Shown here piece after piece: positions 1 through 16,535 of a DNA stretch of 64,000 nt. The notes beneath the pieces are model-generated. The model did not search any database, had not been told where the DNA came from, and was given only the letters and a program-made list of their open reading frames with translations. The DNA is from the human T2T-CHM13v2.0 reference genome, Homo sapiens. The stretch lies in the NCBI RefSeq assembly GCF_009914755.1, contig NC_060933.1. One strand, written 5' to 3'. The position numbers and the translations under genes were made by a program. How positions within the stretch are numbered: the first letter of the stretch is position 1; each line of letters opens with the position of its first letter.

Positions 1-206
1 AATGATCCCTAATATAAACTATGAACTTTGGGTGATGATATTTCAATGTGGGTTCATTGAATGTATCACTGTAGTGCAGGATGTTGATACTGGAGGAGGT
101 TGTACATGTGAAGGGGGGCAAGAGGTATGTAGGAACTCTCTGTATTTTCCATTCGATTTTGCTTTGAACCTAAAACTGATCTAGAAATTAAAGTCTATTT
201 TTTAAA
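1..206 (+). mobile_element. 3' end of an old LINE-1 (L1MC/L1MD type)
   Basis: Matches the recalled L1MC-type 3'UTR (ccctaatataaactatgaactttggg...ttttgctttgaacctaaaactg...aaagtct). Confidence 0.75.
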
Positions 207-423
207 GTAGATAATGTAAAACCACTAAGAATTGAAATCATTATGCTTTTATTTTAACCAAGTTCATACCATGAAAGATAGGCTAACTCTTCCACTTATT
301 CCACACCATCCTTCTCTACCATCTGATTTTCAATGGCTCCAACGTAATGGCTCCCTTGTAATATTACCACTTTGTCTACATTCTCAAATTCCTTGTTTTG
401 AGTCTTCATTCCACGAGATAGAT

Positions 424-767
424 CAGGGGTCTCCAACCCTCAGGCCACGGACTGAATTAGTCCATGGCCTGTGTGGCCCATTAGGAAGTGTACCACACAG
501 CAGGAGGTGAGTAGTACACAAAGGAGCATTACTGCCTGAGCTCCACCTCCTGTCAGATCAGTGGTGGCAATAGATTCTCACAGAAGCACGAAACCTATTG
601 TGAACTGCACCTGCAAGGGATCTAGGTTGTGCACTCCTTATGAGAATCTAATGCCTGATGATCTGAGGTGGAATAGTTTCATCCCAAAAACCATCCCTCG
701 ATCCCCTGGTGGAAAAATTGTCTTGCATGAAACTAATTCTTGGTATCAAAAAGGCTGGGGACTGTTG
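424..767 (+). mobile_element. MER1B (hAT-Charlie non-autonomous DNA transposon)
   Basis: Termini cagggg...ggggactgttg; internal MER1B sequence (gagctccacctcctgtcagatcag, gagaatctaatgcctgatgatctgaggtgg); 8-bp TSD agatagat (416-423) / ggatagat (768-775). Confidence 0.9.
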
Positions 768-2446
768 GGATAGATAACATCATTGTAAAAAATTTTTTTA
801 AGAGAAACTCATGGATATTATGTTCCCAAGTTCTTTTATGCTTGAAAATTTCTTCCTGTGGCTTTCTTGCTAGACCAGCAGCTTAGCTGAGTACAACATT
901 CTCAGGTCTCCCACACCTTCACTCAGAGATCAGCATTTTTGGTACTGAATACCGCTGTGTAGAAAATTGAAGACAAACTGATTTTCCCCGTTTGTATTTG
1001 ATTTTTGCTATAAATGCCTAAATTTTTAACCTTAAATTTCGGTAGCTTTACGAGAATATGCTTCAACATTGATCATTCAGTATAAAACATTTCATGATAT
1101 ACAGGAAGTCACTCAATGTGCACATCCAAATGTTTCTTCATTTTCTTAAACTATCTCTCTGAAAAATTTTAGTTATCTCTTTGATTCTGTATGTAAAAGA
1201 TAACAATTAAGATTATGTTGGATGATCTTTGTCCTCAATAGGAATATTGACTCTTGAATAGTGTATTTGTAGCCTTTCACCTTTGAATTCTCCAGGATTG
1301 TCTCAATTCCTCTCTCCTTGACATCTTTTTGTTTTCAGTTGTGTCTGTTCTGTTTCTTACTTCTTGCAATTTATTCCTTTTCCATTTCCATAAGTAGCCA
1401 TGTTGGTTTTATCTCAACTTGTTTTCTTAGCTCTGCAACCCCCTTTTCATCCTATTAGGCTGTTTATATTGCTTTTGTTTTATTAAATTCATATTCTAAT
1501 TAAATACATTTCCAGTATTAAATATCAATGGAGAATGTTCTTCTATTCCCTAGATAATATTTTTCCCAATTTATATTTTTAATTGGATTGTGTATGCTAT
1601 GTTCCTTCCTTTCAACTTTTATAGCTTCAGTATACCACATATTTAACATTAGCAGCTCTGTTTCATGGCTCTGATATAGAGAGGGTGAATCATCCTTAAC
1701 ATCTTTCAACTCTGTCAGGCACCTGATATAGTCTCTGAATTTGATGTTGTTTTCTCTTTGGCTTTCTATATCATGTATGGTGAACATGGGAGGTGGAAGA
1801 GCTGGCTGGAGATCCCATTAGGATACCTACATTAGGGCTGTCTTCACTCATCTAAGGGCATATTCCACTTCCATAATCTCCTTGCCCTAATTCTCCAGTT
1901 TTGTGAATTTCATGATGCCCTAGTACCCCTGTTGCTTATGCCAAGACCTGGTGGTTGTATTTGGACACATCTGCTATAGGGAAAATTTTCCTCTTCTCTA
2001 TTCCAATCATTCCTCGGTTTGTTTCTCTTCTTATTTGAGGGCTTTGGTAAAGTTTCTCCGAATATTATCAACTCTTTCTTTCCCTCACTTTTGCTTGTGA
2101 GAGTAGGGCTAGGACCTACCCTGTGTTGCAATAGAATGATTGGTTTCTTTCCTTGGCCACCACTTTTAAGTTTTATAACAGGAAATTTGTCCTCTTGTTT
2201 TGTTGCTGCTTATGCCTTTTTTACTGTTTTAATATTCATTTGTTTGGATTTTGTATATTTGTTTCTTCTTTTTAATTTATTTCATTCAGTACTAGGAAGG
2301 AGTCATTCTGTAAATCTACTTCCTCAGCAATTTTTACCCAGACTTGTCTCAAAATTACATTGAACACTGATTATTATGTTGGAATAATGTAAAAGGTAAA
2401 GCTATTTCTTCCATCATTGTTGCATCCTCAAATGTGATAAATATTT

Positions 2447-2902
2447 TTACGGTGGTTAACTCTGTGTCAACTTGAATGACTATGAGGCATCCAGATATTT
2501 AATCAAATATCTGGATTTGTCAATGAGAGTTTTTCTGGATGAGATCAACATTTGAATTGGTATACAAAGTAAAGCATATTGCCCTCCCTAATCTGGATGG
2601 GCCTCATCCAATCAGTTGAAAGCCCAAATAAAGCAAGAAGGCTGAGTCAAAAGAGATTTATTCTGGCTAGCTGTCTTTGAGCTGAGTAGTCAGTTTTTCC
2701 TGCTTTTAGACTCAAACTGAAACATCAGCTCTTCCTTAGGCACAAACTGCCAACTTCTGGGCTGAGACTACACCACTAGCTCTCCTGGGTCTCTGGTTTG
2801 CTGACTGCAGTTTTTGGGACTTGTCAGCCTCCATAATCATGTGAGCCAACTCCTTGTAATAAATATTTATCTCTTTTTATCTCTCTGGAGAACCCTAATA
2901 CA
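2447..2902 (+). mobile_element. MLT2-family solo LTR (ERVL; MLT2B/D-like)
   Basis: Starts ggtggttaac...tgtgtcaacttga, contains ttgggacttgtcagcctccataatcatgtgagccaa, ends ctggagaaccctaataca. Confidence 0.85.
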
Positions 2903-5900
2903 ATTTATTTTTAAATTATTTTTAAGTGGCACATAATAATCATACATGTGTGATATCTTGATGCATGTGTGCAAGAGGTAATGACAAAGTCATGATAAGT
3001 AGCATATCCATCACCTCAAACATTTATTATCTCTTTGTGTTGAGAACATTCAAAATTCTCTCTTCTAGCTATCAAAAATATACAATAAATTGTTAGCTGT
3101 AGTCACCCTACAGTAGTATAGAACATTAGAACTTAGTCCTCCTATCTAATTGTATTTGGTATCTGCTAACCAAACTCTACTTATTCTCTCCTCCCTCCTA
3201 CACCTCCCAGCCTCTGTGACCACTCTTCTACACTCTACTTCCATGAGATCAACTTGTTTAGCTACTACATGTCAGTAAAAACATGTGATATTTATCTTTC
3301 AAAGCCTGGCTTATTTCACTTAGCATTGTGTCATCCAGGATAATCCATGTTGTTACAAATGACAGGATTTTATTCTTTTTTATGGCTGAATACTATTACA
3401 TTGTGTATATATACCACATTTTTTTTCATTCATTCATCTGTCAATGAACACTTAGATTGATTCCATAGCTTGGCTATTGTCAACAGTGCTACAATAACAT
3501 AGGACTCCAGATGTCTCTTCAACATACTGATTTCCTTTCCTTTGTGTATATATATCCTGTAGGAGGATTGCTGGATCATATGGTAGTTCTATTTTTATTT
3601 GTTTGAGAAACAACCATATTGTTTTCTGTATTGGCTATACTAATTACATTCCCACTCATGGTGTAAGAGTTCCCCTTTCTGTACATCTTCACCAACATTT
3701 GCTTTCTGTTTTTGTTTTTTGTTTTTGTTTTTGTTTTTCATCATTTGTTCAATGCCGTTCTAACTGGGCTGAGATGTCATCTCATTGTGGTTTTGGTTTG
3801 CATTTCCCTGATGATTAGTGACATTGAGCATTTTTCATGTACATTTTTCCCATTTGTATGTCTTCTTTTGAGAAATGTCTATCCAGGTTATTTGCCCATT
3901 TTTAATTGGAATAATATCTTGTCATATAAGTAGTTTGCAAATATTTCTTCCCATTCTGCAGGTTGTCTCTTCCTTCTGTTGATTGTTTTCTTTGATGTGC
4001 TGAAGCTTTTCATGTTTGATATAATCTCATTTGTCTATTTTTTGTTTTGTTGCCTGTGCTTTTGAGGTCTTATGCATAAAATCTTTGCCCATATCAATGT
4101 TGGGAGGGTTTCCCCAATGTTTTCTTCTAGTAGTTTGATTGTTTTGGATCTTATATTTAAGTCTTGAATACATTTTGAGTTGATTTTTGTATATGGTAAG
4201 AAATAGGAACCTACTTTTATTCTTCTGCATATGGATATCCAGTTTTCCCAGCACCATTTATTGCAAAGACAGTCCTTTCCCCAATGAATGTTCTTGGCAT
4301 CTTTGTCAAAAATCAATTGGCTATGAATAAGTGAATTTATTTCTGGCTTCTTCATTTTGTTTCATTGGTCTATGTGATTGTTTTTATGGCAGTCCCATGC
4401 TGTTTTGGTTACTGTTACCTTATAGTATAGTTTGAAGTCAGGTAGTATGATGCCTCCAACTTAGTTCTTTTTGTTAAAGATTGCCTTAGCTACTCAGGGA
4501 ATTTGTGGTTCTATACAAATTCAGTATTGCATTTTTTGTTTCATGTGAAGAATGCCATTTTGATATAGATTGCACTGAATCTGTTGATCACTTTTACTAG
4601 TATGGTCATTTCAACAGTATTAATTCTTCCAACCCATTAACACAGGATGTCTTTTGATGTTTTTGTGTGTGTCTCCTTTAATTTCTTATATCAATCTTGT
4701 ATAGTTTTACTTCAGAAAACTATTAAATTCATAGTTGGTTAAATTCATTTCTCAGTATTGTTTTAGCTGTTGTATATGGGATTGCTTGCTGGAATTCTTT
4801 CTCAGATAGTTCATTGTTGCTGTGTAAGAACACTACTGACTTTTGTAGATTGATTTTGTAGGCTGCAACTTTACTGAATTTCTTTATCAATTCTGAGAGT
4901 TTTTGGATGGCATTTTTAAGGTTTTCTGTATATAAGATCATGTAATATGCACACTAGGAAAATTTGACTTTTTCCTTTCCAATTTTGATGCTCTTCATTT
5001 CCTTCTCTTATCTAGCTTCTCTGGGTAGGGCTTCCAAGAGGAAGTTGAATAAGAGTGATAACAGTGGGCATCCTTATCTTGTTTCAGTTCTTCAGTATGA
5101 TGTTAGCTATGAGTTTGTCATATATGTCCTTGATTGTGTTGAGGTATGTTCCTTCAATACTCTATTTGTTGAGAGTTTTGATCATGAAGAGATGTTGAAT
5201 TTTATCAAATGTTTACCCTACATCTACTGAGATAATCACATGGTTTATGTCCTTCATTGTGTTGATGTGACGTTTCACATTTATTGATTTGTATATGTTG
5301 AACCATTTTGGCATTCCTGAGATAAATCCTACTTAAATATGGTGTATAATATTTTTTGATGTGCTGTTGAATTTGAATTTGATGTGTTCATATTTTATTG
5401 AAAATATTTGCCTCTATGTTCATCAAGGATAATGGTGTGTAGTTTTCTGCTTTTGTACTGTCCTTGTCCGGTTTTGGTATCAGGGTAATATTGGCCTCAC
5501 AAAATAAGACTAGAAGAATTTCTTCCTCTTGAATTTTTTGGAATAATTTAAGAATAATTGGTATTTGTTCCTCCTTAAACATTTTATAGAATTCAGTAGT
5601 GAAGTGATCTGGTCCTGGGATTTTTGTTGTTGCTTTTGGGAGATTTTTAATTACTGATTTAATCTGGTGACTCATTATTAGTGTGTTCAGATTTTCTGTT
5701 TCTTCTGGGTTCAATCTTGGTAGGTTTTTTGTGTCTAAAAATTTATCCATTTTTTTCTGGTTTCCCAATTTGTTGGTGTATAATTGTTCACAATAGTCTT
5801 TAATGATCCTTTGTATTTCTTTGGTAACCTTTTTCATTTCTGATTTTATTTATAGGGTTATTTTTGTTATTTCTTGTTTTGTTAATCTTTTGTGTTGTTT

Positions 5901-6151
5901 TTTAGTCTCAATTTCATTTATTTCTGCTCTAATCTTTATATCCTTCTACTAATTTTGGATTTGCTTTGTTCTTGCTTTTCTAGTTTCTTGAGGTATATCT
6001 GTAGGTTGTCTATTTGAAATATTTATAATTTTTATGTAGCCATTTGTTGTTATGAAATTCTCTCTTAGCACTCCTTTTCTTGTATCCCATAGCTTTTGGC
6101 ATGTTTCCATTTTCATTTCTTTTAAGACTTGTTTTTAAAAAAATTACTTCC

Positions 6152-8270
<2,119 letters not shown>

Positions 8271-8271
<1 letters not shown>

Positions 8272-8463
8272 GACACAGGAAGGGGAACATCACACACCGG
8301 GGCCTGTTGTGAGGTGGGGCGAGGGGGGAGGGATAGCATTAGGAGATATACCTAATGTAAATGATGATTTAATGGGTGCAGCACACCAACATGGCACATG
8401 TATACATGTGTAACAAACCTGCACATTGTGCAATGTACCCTAAAACTTAAAGTATAATTAAAA
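8271..8463 (+). mobile_element. Short L1PA4/5-like 3' end
   Basis: ggacacaggaaggggaacatcacacacc...gcagcacaccaacatggcac...gtaccctaaaacttaaagtataattaaaa. Confidence 0.85.
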
Positions 8464-8977
8464 TTTTTTTTTCTTAATTTCTTTATTGACCTAATGATCA
8501 TTCAGGAGAATTTTATTTAATTTCCATTTATTTGTACTGCTTCCAAAATTCCTTGTTTTTGATTTCTAGTTTTATATCATTATGACCAGAAAAGATGCTT
8601 GATACAATTTCAATGGTATTTAATTTGTTGAGACTTGTTTTGTGTCCTAATACATCCTAACATATAGCCAATCCTGGGGAATTTTCCATGTTCTGATGAA
8701 AAGATTGTGCATTCTGCAGCTGGATGAAATGTTCTACAAATGTCTGTTAAGTCCATTTGGTCTGTAGTGCAGTTTAAATCTAACATTCCTTTGTTGATTT
8801 TCTCTCCAGACGCTCTGCCTAATGATAAGAATGGGATATTGAAGGCACCAACTATTGTATTGGAGTCTAGCTCTCTCTTTATATCTAATAATATTTGCTT
8901 TATATACTGAGAGCTCCAGTGTTGAGTGCACATATATTTATAATTGTTATATCCTCTTTCTGAATTGATCCCTTTAA

Positions 8978-9306
<329 letters not shown>

Positions 9307-12300
9307 ACCTTTGTCTTTTTTAATAGTTTTTGTCTTAAAGTCTTTTTTATCTGACCTAAGTATAGCTACTCCTGCTTACTTTAGGTTTTAATTTGCATAA
9401 AATATTTTTTTCTATCCCTTTACTATTAATCTATGTGTGTCTTTACAGGTGAAGTAAGTTTCTTGTAGGCAGGATATAGTTGGGGCTTGTATTTTTTTTT
9501 TATCAATTCAGCCAGTCTATGTCTTTAAATTGGGAAATTTAATTCATTTATATTCAAGGTTATTATTAATAGGGGAGTACTTACTTTTGGCATTTTGATC
9601 ATTGTTTTCTGGTTGTTTTGTATATTCTTTGATCCTTTCTTCCTAACTTGTTTGCTTTGTGGTTTGGTGGTTTTCTGAAATAAAAAGATTTGATTTTTTT
9701 CTCCTCATTTGTTATCTGCTCTGCCAGTGAGTGTTACACTTTTGCATGTTTTCATGATGATAATTATTGTCCTCTTGCTTCCAGATATAGGACTTCTTTA
9801 AGCATTTCTTGTAAGACCTAACTAATGGTGGTTAATTTCCTCAGTTTCTTTCTTGTCTGGGAAAGAATTTATTTCACCTTCATTTCTAAAGGATAGCTTT
9901 GCTGGGTATACTGTTCTAGACTGGCAACTTTTTTTTTTCAGTACTTTGAATATATTATCTCATTCTTTCCTGGCCCGTAAGGTTTCTGCTAAGGAATATG
10001 CTGTCAGTCTAATGGAGATTCCCTTATAATGTGACTTGACACTATACTCTTGCTGCTTTTAGAATTCTATCTTTCATTTCTCACAGTTTGACTACAATGT
10101 GCCTTGTAGAGCACCTTTTTGGGTTGAATCTATTTGGGGACATTTGAGCTTCTTGGATCTGGATGTTCTTATCTCCAAGACTTGGAAAGTGTTTAGCTAT
10201 CATTTTATTAAATAGGTTTTCTATCCTTTATTCCATCTCTTCTCCTTCTGGAGTTTCTACAATGCAAAAAAATTGTTTGCTTAATAATGTCCCATAAGTT
10301 CTGTAGGCTCTCTTCCTTCCTTTTTATTTTTCATCTATTTTTTAGTTTTATCTATCTGGGTTATTTCAAAAGACCTGTCTTCAAGGTTAGAAATTCTTTC
10401 TTCTGTTTGACCTAATCTGTTAGTTAAGCTCTCAGTTGCATTTTTTACTTCATTCATTGAATTCTTTATGTCCAAGATTTCTGTAAAGTTCTTTTTTGTG
10501 ATATCTATCTCTATTGAATTAATCATTCAGATCATGAATTGTTTTTCTGATTTTGTTGAATTGTCTATTTATATTCTCTTATATCTCACTGAGTTTCCTT
10601 GAAATCATTATTTTGAATTACTCTCCCGGCATTTAATAAATTCCTTTACTTTGGGGTCTGTTACTGGAGAATTATTGTGTTTTTTTTTAAGGCATCATAT
10701 TTCCTTGCTTTTTAATGTTTCTTGTGTTCCTACATTGATACCTGCACATCTGGTGAAATGTTTGCCTCTTCCAATTTTATGCAATAGTTTTGTAGGAAGT
10801 GACTTTGTGGGAAATGTAGATGAGTCCTAGGGTGTCAGTTGGGTAGCTGAGTGAATTCATTAGTATAGCCTCTTTGCCGTTTATTCAGCTATAATCTACT
10901 TTAACTCTGTCTGCAAATTCCTAAGTAGCCTAGGCTACAGGAGTTTTCAGTGGTGGCAGTGCAGCCTTGCCAGGGGTGGGCTCACCAGGCTGGTTCTCAC
11001 AGCATGCAAGTAAGGGGTCAGCCAGCTTGGAAATTGGTCCACCAAGGGCAGGGCCTCCAGACTGTCTCTCAGGCCAAGGGTATGGGTGCATGGTGAGTGA
11101 GTAGACTGGGGATTGACTTAACTAGGGGCAAGCCATCCAGGTTGTTTCTATGACTGGGGACACCTGGCTAAATCACCAGAGGTAGATTTACTGGGTTGTT
11201 TCTAGCCAGAGGCATGGATTCATGGCAGTTCAGCCAGGCTGAAATTACCTTCTATGCTGTGCAGGACTGGAGTCATATCATTTCCAGGCCCAGGCTCCAA
11301 GAAGTGGGGGTCATGGCATTGCAGTCACCCATGTGACTTCCTTGGAATGAGCCCAGAATGACCAGGAATGACTGCATTGGAATGACCACGTAGAGCCTCA
11401 AGTTTGGAGAGGTCCCATGGTTACTGGTCCCTAGAGCCAAATGCACTTTAGCAGCGGCTCCACTTTCAAGATGGTGTACTGCTGCAGCCGCGTGTGTCCT
11501 GGTTGGGGGTGGAGGGGTTGCAAGGTTGCAAGGGTAACGGGTAATGCACAATGTGTGCTCCTACCCTGGAGTAATGTAACCATATGAATTCCAGGCAGCT
11601 CCCCACTCCCCAAACTGGACTCTGGACTTGTGAGGACTGTGCGATTTCCCTGTAGTAAGAATTGCAAGTTTCTGCAGTGGCAATGAGGGCTTGTGGGTGG
11701 CATCTTCTGCTTACCTTTTTCTTGCAAGGGGCAAGGAAGTCCCTCTTGGCTTAGAGCTGATTTCAGTGGGAGAGACAGGGTGGCAGAGGCAGGATGCCTC
11801 ATTTCCCTCTATGCTGTGATCCTGGGCTTCTGTGCTCCACAGGGATTTTGCCACTCCCTTGCTGCACTCCAGCGCTTTCTTTCAAACATTACAGTTGAAT
11901 TTTGATTGTTTGTTGTTTTGTGTTTTTTGTGTGGAAGACGTGAGCACCAGTAACCTCTAGTTAGCCACTTAGCTGACATCTATCATTCCTTTTAATAAAA
12001 AATGTGGCATGGCACAGATACTAGCTACTAAAAACTTAACAATTTTATTAAAAATTTGCTTAATTGCCTCCAAATGAGCCTTAATTATAATGTCATAGAC
12101 ATAGGATATATAGCTCTGAAATTCGGAGAAGCATTCTGGGCCAGAGATTATAAACCATCAGTCTATAATTCCAGAATCTTCTGCTTCCCCCTTTGGAAAA
12201 CAATGTTTACTATCTCTGTTCCACAAGTTCTCAAATGTTCATGTCATCTACAAGTTTGTCTGGCCCATGTAATATAGAATTCAATGGGGCCTGGAAGTCT

Positions 12301-12429
12301 GAAACTCAGTTAGCATATCCAGGTCCTTCCTTGGTCTACTCTTCTATTTAGTATTTTAATTTCCTCTTAGAAATGCTTTATCTATCCTACCCAGTTTGAA
12401 AATTATTCTCCCTGAGGAGAAGATAGAAG

Positions 12430-12600
12430 CAAAATTATGTTACGGAAAACACATGGGCTTTAAAGATACAGAGTCAAAATTTCAGGCCCTGGAACTACCA
12501 TTAACACATGGTGTGATCTTTGGCAAGTTATTCAGCCTCTTTGACATACAGTTTCCTTACCATAAAGTGGAATTTAACAATATTCTACCGTGCACTGTTT
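12430..12600 (+). mobile_element. MIR fragment
   Basis: MIR core-like tgtgatctttggcaagttattcagcctct...cagtttccttaccataaagtgg. Confidence 0.65.
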
Positions 12601-12909
12601 AATCAGAACAATATTGTAATTACGAAAAAGATACAAACAGACAAAAGATACAATTTCATTCAGTGTTGTTGAAGAATAAATAAAACTACTCCTCAAAAAA
12701 GGCTTCACAGATCAGAAGAAAAAGCATCAGTTCCCTTTGGAGAGTCAAGCTTCCCTGATCTTCAAAACTCCATAAAGATGCTCTACCACCAAGATATCTA
12801 CTGATCATTGTGAAGATACTTTTCCAAATTCTTAAAGAAGTTCCTTTGCCATTACCACTGTTTTTTCTCTTTTATTCTTATGTCTTCTCTAATCCTTTTT
12901 ATTCATTAG

Positions 12910-13115
12910 GTACAAGTTCCTGGTGACACCCCAAACACATTCCTGCAGAATGAGTTGATGGGAGTTCTGTTTGCAGGGTCACTTTCCCAAGTAGACACCC
13001 TCTGTGAGGTTAAGGTTTTTAGGTCGGCTGAAATGTACTGCTATGCTTTGTACTCTTGGAGATGCTGTGAGGATTAAAACAGGACTCCGAAAATAAAACT
13101 TTCTCACAAAATACA
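12910..13115 (+). other. Candidate terminal exon
   Basis: Long pyrimidine tract with CTAAT, AG at 12908-12909, AATAAA at 13092-13097. Motif evidence only. Confidence 0.3.
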
Positions 13116-13149
13116 GTTCCCAGCTTATTTTTCAATATCTTTCCTATTT

Positions 13150-13690
13150 TCTTGTAAGTTAAGCATATTTTGGCTGCAAATGACAGCAAAATTCAACTCG
13201 ATTCAAACAGTCTTTAATAATAAAGAATATTTATCACCTCGTATAAAAAAATGCCACAGGTAATTCCAGCCTGAGGAGAGGAGTAGCCTAATGACTCACT
13301 GGATGCATTTTCTGTTTTCTCCTTCCCCTCTGTCTTTTAGGGTCTTCCATTTAATTTCACAACTCTCCCACTAAGGTAGAAAAAATAGCTAGAATAGTTC
13401 AAGACATCACATTGTCTCTACATCAACTCATCTAAGAGAAGGAGTGTCTGATAGCTCCCACATAGATCCTGGGATTTGTACTTTTTCATTGGCCCTAACT
13501 GGGTCAGATATCCATCCTTGAAGTAAACATGGTGATTAGAAGAAAAGAATAAATTGATTGAGTTAAGTGATTCAAGGGCCATCTCGGGAATCGAAAATGG
13601 TATCATTCCCACATGAAACTTATATATGAGAGTGAATTCAAAAAAAGAAAACCAGGATACTATTGGCAAGAAAGCTACACAGATAACTTA
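13150..13690. mobile_element. Old MaLR LTR fragment (MLT1J/K-like)
   Basis: ttttggctgcaaatgacagcaaaattcaactc and cattggccctaactgggtca...catccttgaa motifs typical of old MLT1 LTRs. Confidence 0.5.
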
Positions 13691-15627
13691 TAAATGTTTA
13701 CTACGTGAGTTCATTTTCTTTCTCCAAATAAAATGAAGTACTTCTTGACTATCTCTGGCTTCAGCCTTCGTGATGCCTTTCCTATAGGTTCATGCTGCTC
13801 TCTTGTATTTCTTTTTTGGTTATCTGCTCTTGTCCACAGTTTGTTTCAAAGCTGAATCTACCAGAGGATTCCCAGGCCATTATATTGGTTTCTGTAATTT
13901 CTTCCCCCTTTTCTTTCTCATGGAGTTACTTAGAATTATGTGGGTAGAATTACGTTTTTAAGCTCAAATTCCATAGGCACTTTTATGTGTTTTCCCTATA
14001 TTCCTCTGAATGTCTTACTAAAGGAATCTGACAGTAGTGGCAACTATATTGCTATTGGATGAAACAGAACAAGCATCTCAGCTAGCCCCTTTCCTTCCTT
14101 TCTATTATACATGGGTAGGGATGGAACAGAGATTTAAGTGTATTATGGGAGTAAGGTTGAAGGAAACCATTGCATTTTTCTTTTCTACTAAATGAAGAAA
14201 ATTTATTGAGCAATATTTAAAGGGGTCTAATAAAAAAAATCTGATTCCTGACTGCTATCCTAGAAATCTTTCTCCTGATTGCAACCTAGGCCCACCTCTC
14301 TCCTGACCCGAGTTTCCTGTGAGAGTAAGAAATGTTTGTGGTGATGAGAAAAACTCTCAGGTTGATTGGCTGATTGTATGCCATATTGTTTTATCTATAC
14401 TCCATTAGCCCAGGTAATTAAGAGTTGACTTCATTTTCCTCTCTTTCTGACATTCTTCACCCCCTACTCACACAATCATTTTATCACTCTCTCACACTCT
14501 ATCTGTATTTCATCTAAAAGTATGAAATATTTAAAATATTCCTGTTAGCAATGAACCATTTGATAGCTCCTATTATAGTGAGTTGGGGATGCAAATAAAG
14601 ATGGTCAATTTCAATGAAATTTTGTTTCAAGTGGAATTTTGTGTGTCTTAATGAATTCAGTGATTTGCATGCATGTTCATTAGAAGCTCTTTTATATTTT
14701 TAATTGCTCCAACTTAAAATCTTTAAAAGCCAGATAGTGAGATACTCACAATGAAGAAGATAGAGGCAAGGTTCAAACATACATCTCTTTTGTGTATGCA
14801 ATCAAGAAAGATATCAGGGATATGTCTCATACCATTAACATTCACCCCCAACCCCACTCCACACACAAAATATACTGACACAATTATCTCAGTTACATAA
14901 CTGGCACAATTCCCATGACACATTTAATTATACATTATGATGTGTTTCTCAAAAACTTTGAAACTCTATCAGAACGATTATGAAATAGATGTGCCCACTT
15001 TCCTTCCAATTTGTGGTGATAAATTTTTAAGAAAACTTAACCATTATTTCATTTGCCTTCTAATGAGAGATTCAGCTTTCACAACTGCATTCTTATCATT
15101 GAATAGTGCTTTTTACTAAGAAGTTGGTATTTGTTTTAGCTCAGTAGAAACCTTATGTTAACAAAATAAAATGCTTTCCTGGTTCTTTCATGATAACCTA
15201 ATCCACTTGGCCATATTCATTGTGCAGGTGCCAAATTTATGTGATTGCAATGGGAGGTTTGGTCCTAAGCCAAGAGTTAACTAAGCCTTCTGAGAAATGA
15301 TAAATATTAGCTCTTAATATGCAAATATATATCAAATTATTTGTTCATTGATACTTTGTCTTTAAAAATAAATGACTGAGGGACAATACTATCCATTGCT
15401 ATGTTAAACCTTATAAAGTTCTCTTCATTTGTTGCTTCCAGCTAAAATGTTCTTCTAAGAAAGAGCAGATCTTACTGGATTGCCTTTCCAGCAAAAATAA
15501 ATACTTTTGTTGCTTTTTACCACAAGCACTTTCAAAAGCCTGCTTAAAATAGAAAATAGTTGTATTCCAAGGGAGCGCCTGGAGCCTACCACCTAATGAT
15601 AGAGCCAAGATAGAGAAACTGGCTAAT

Positions 15628-15673
15628 AGGATCATCTGTAAGGGATCAGCTGTGAGGGATCAGCTGTGAGGGA
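15628..15673. repeat. 14-bp tandem repeat (agggatcagctgtg) x2 plus one degenerate copy
   Basis: aggatcatctgta-agggatcagctgtg-agggatcagctgtg-aggga read directly. Confidence 0.9.
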
Positions 15674-16494
15674 GCTGGAACTCAGAGACAATTCCCAAAA
15701 CTAAAGTCCAGCAGAGTTCAGAGGTTTCCAGAAATGCCATAAATGGAGGAAAACAGAATAACATAATCAAGTAACAACGCCATGGGCTAGGCCACTGGAG
15801 ACAGATGGGCATGGAAAAGCGTTCACAGAAGGCAATAGAAAGGAAAGGTCAAATGGAGCCACACTGGAAAGGTGAGCTTTGCCACCCCCTTACGTCTGCA
15901 TATTGTATTTCACTGGCTACTTTGTGAATTTCAATCTCACAAGACTAATTTGAAGAGCTTACTGTATTTTCTACAGCTTGGTGCTAAAAGCAGCATCATA
16001 TGTGCATACAAGATATTTAAAGATGAGGAGCAATTTGGCATCAGTTCAATTATTCTGTCACCCCCCAAAAAAGTTAAAAAATGTATTATCTGTATAAAGT
16101 CCAGCCAACTAATGGGTTCTTGTGGCATAATGTTATGTTAAAGAAGCATCAATAGAGTCTCCAAACTAGTTTAAAAACACTGTAAATTTTTACTGAAGCC
16201 TTTAATAAAAACACCAAAGAAGGAATATATCCAGAAAATCTTTGGAAATATTATCTTTCCAGTCTTGTCAACCTCTTCCAGATGTGGCAACTGCCCCCAA
16301 AGTCCCTATAGTTTCAACTCCCCAAAAGTCTCTTCCAGCCTGGTATACCATCTCTTGTATCCTCCCTCACCTGTCTCTGGTGCAGCTTCTTTAATATGTG
16401 GCTCATTTTAACCTTTCTGACTTGTTTCACTTTTCCTGTTCCTCCTTTACCAAGATTCTGTGCAGCAAAACAATGCCTAGGAACTCATACAGCA

Positions 16495-16535
16495 AGCAAC
16501 AAAACAAAACAAACAAACAAAAACAAAAACAAAAA
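16495..16535. repeat. (CAAAA)n-like simple repeat
   Basis: aacaaaacaaaacaaacaaacaaaaacaaaaacaaaaa. Confidence 0.85.
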
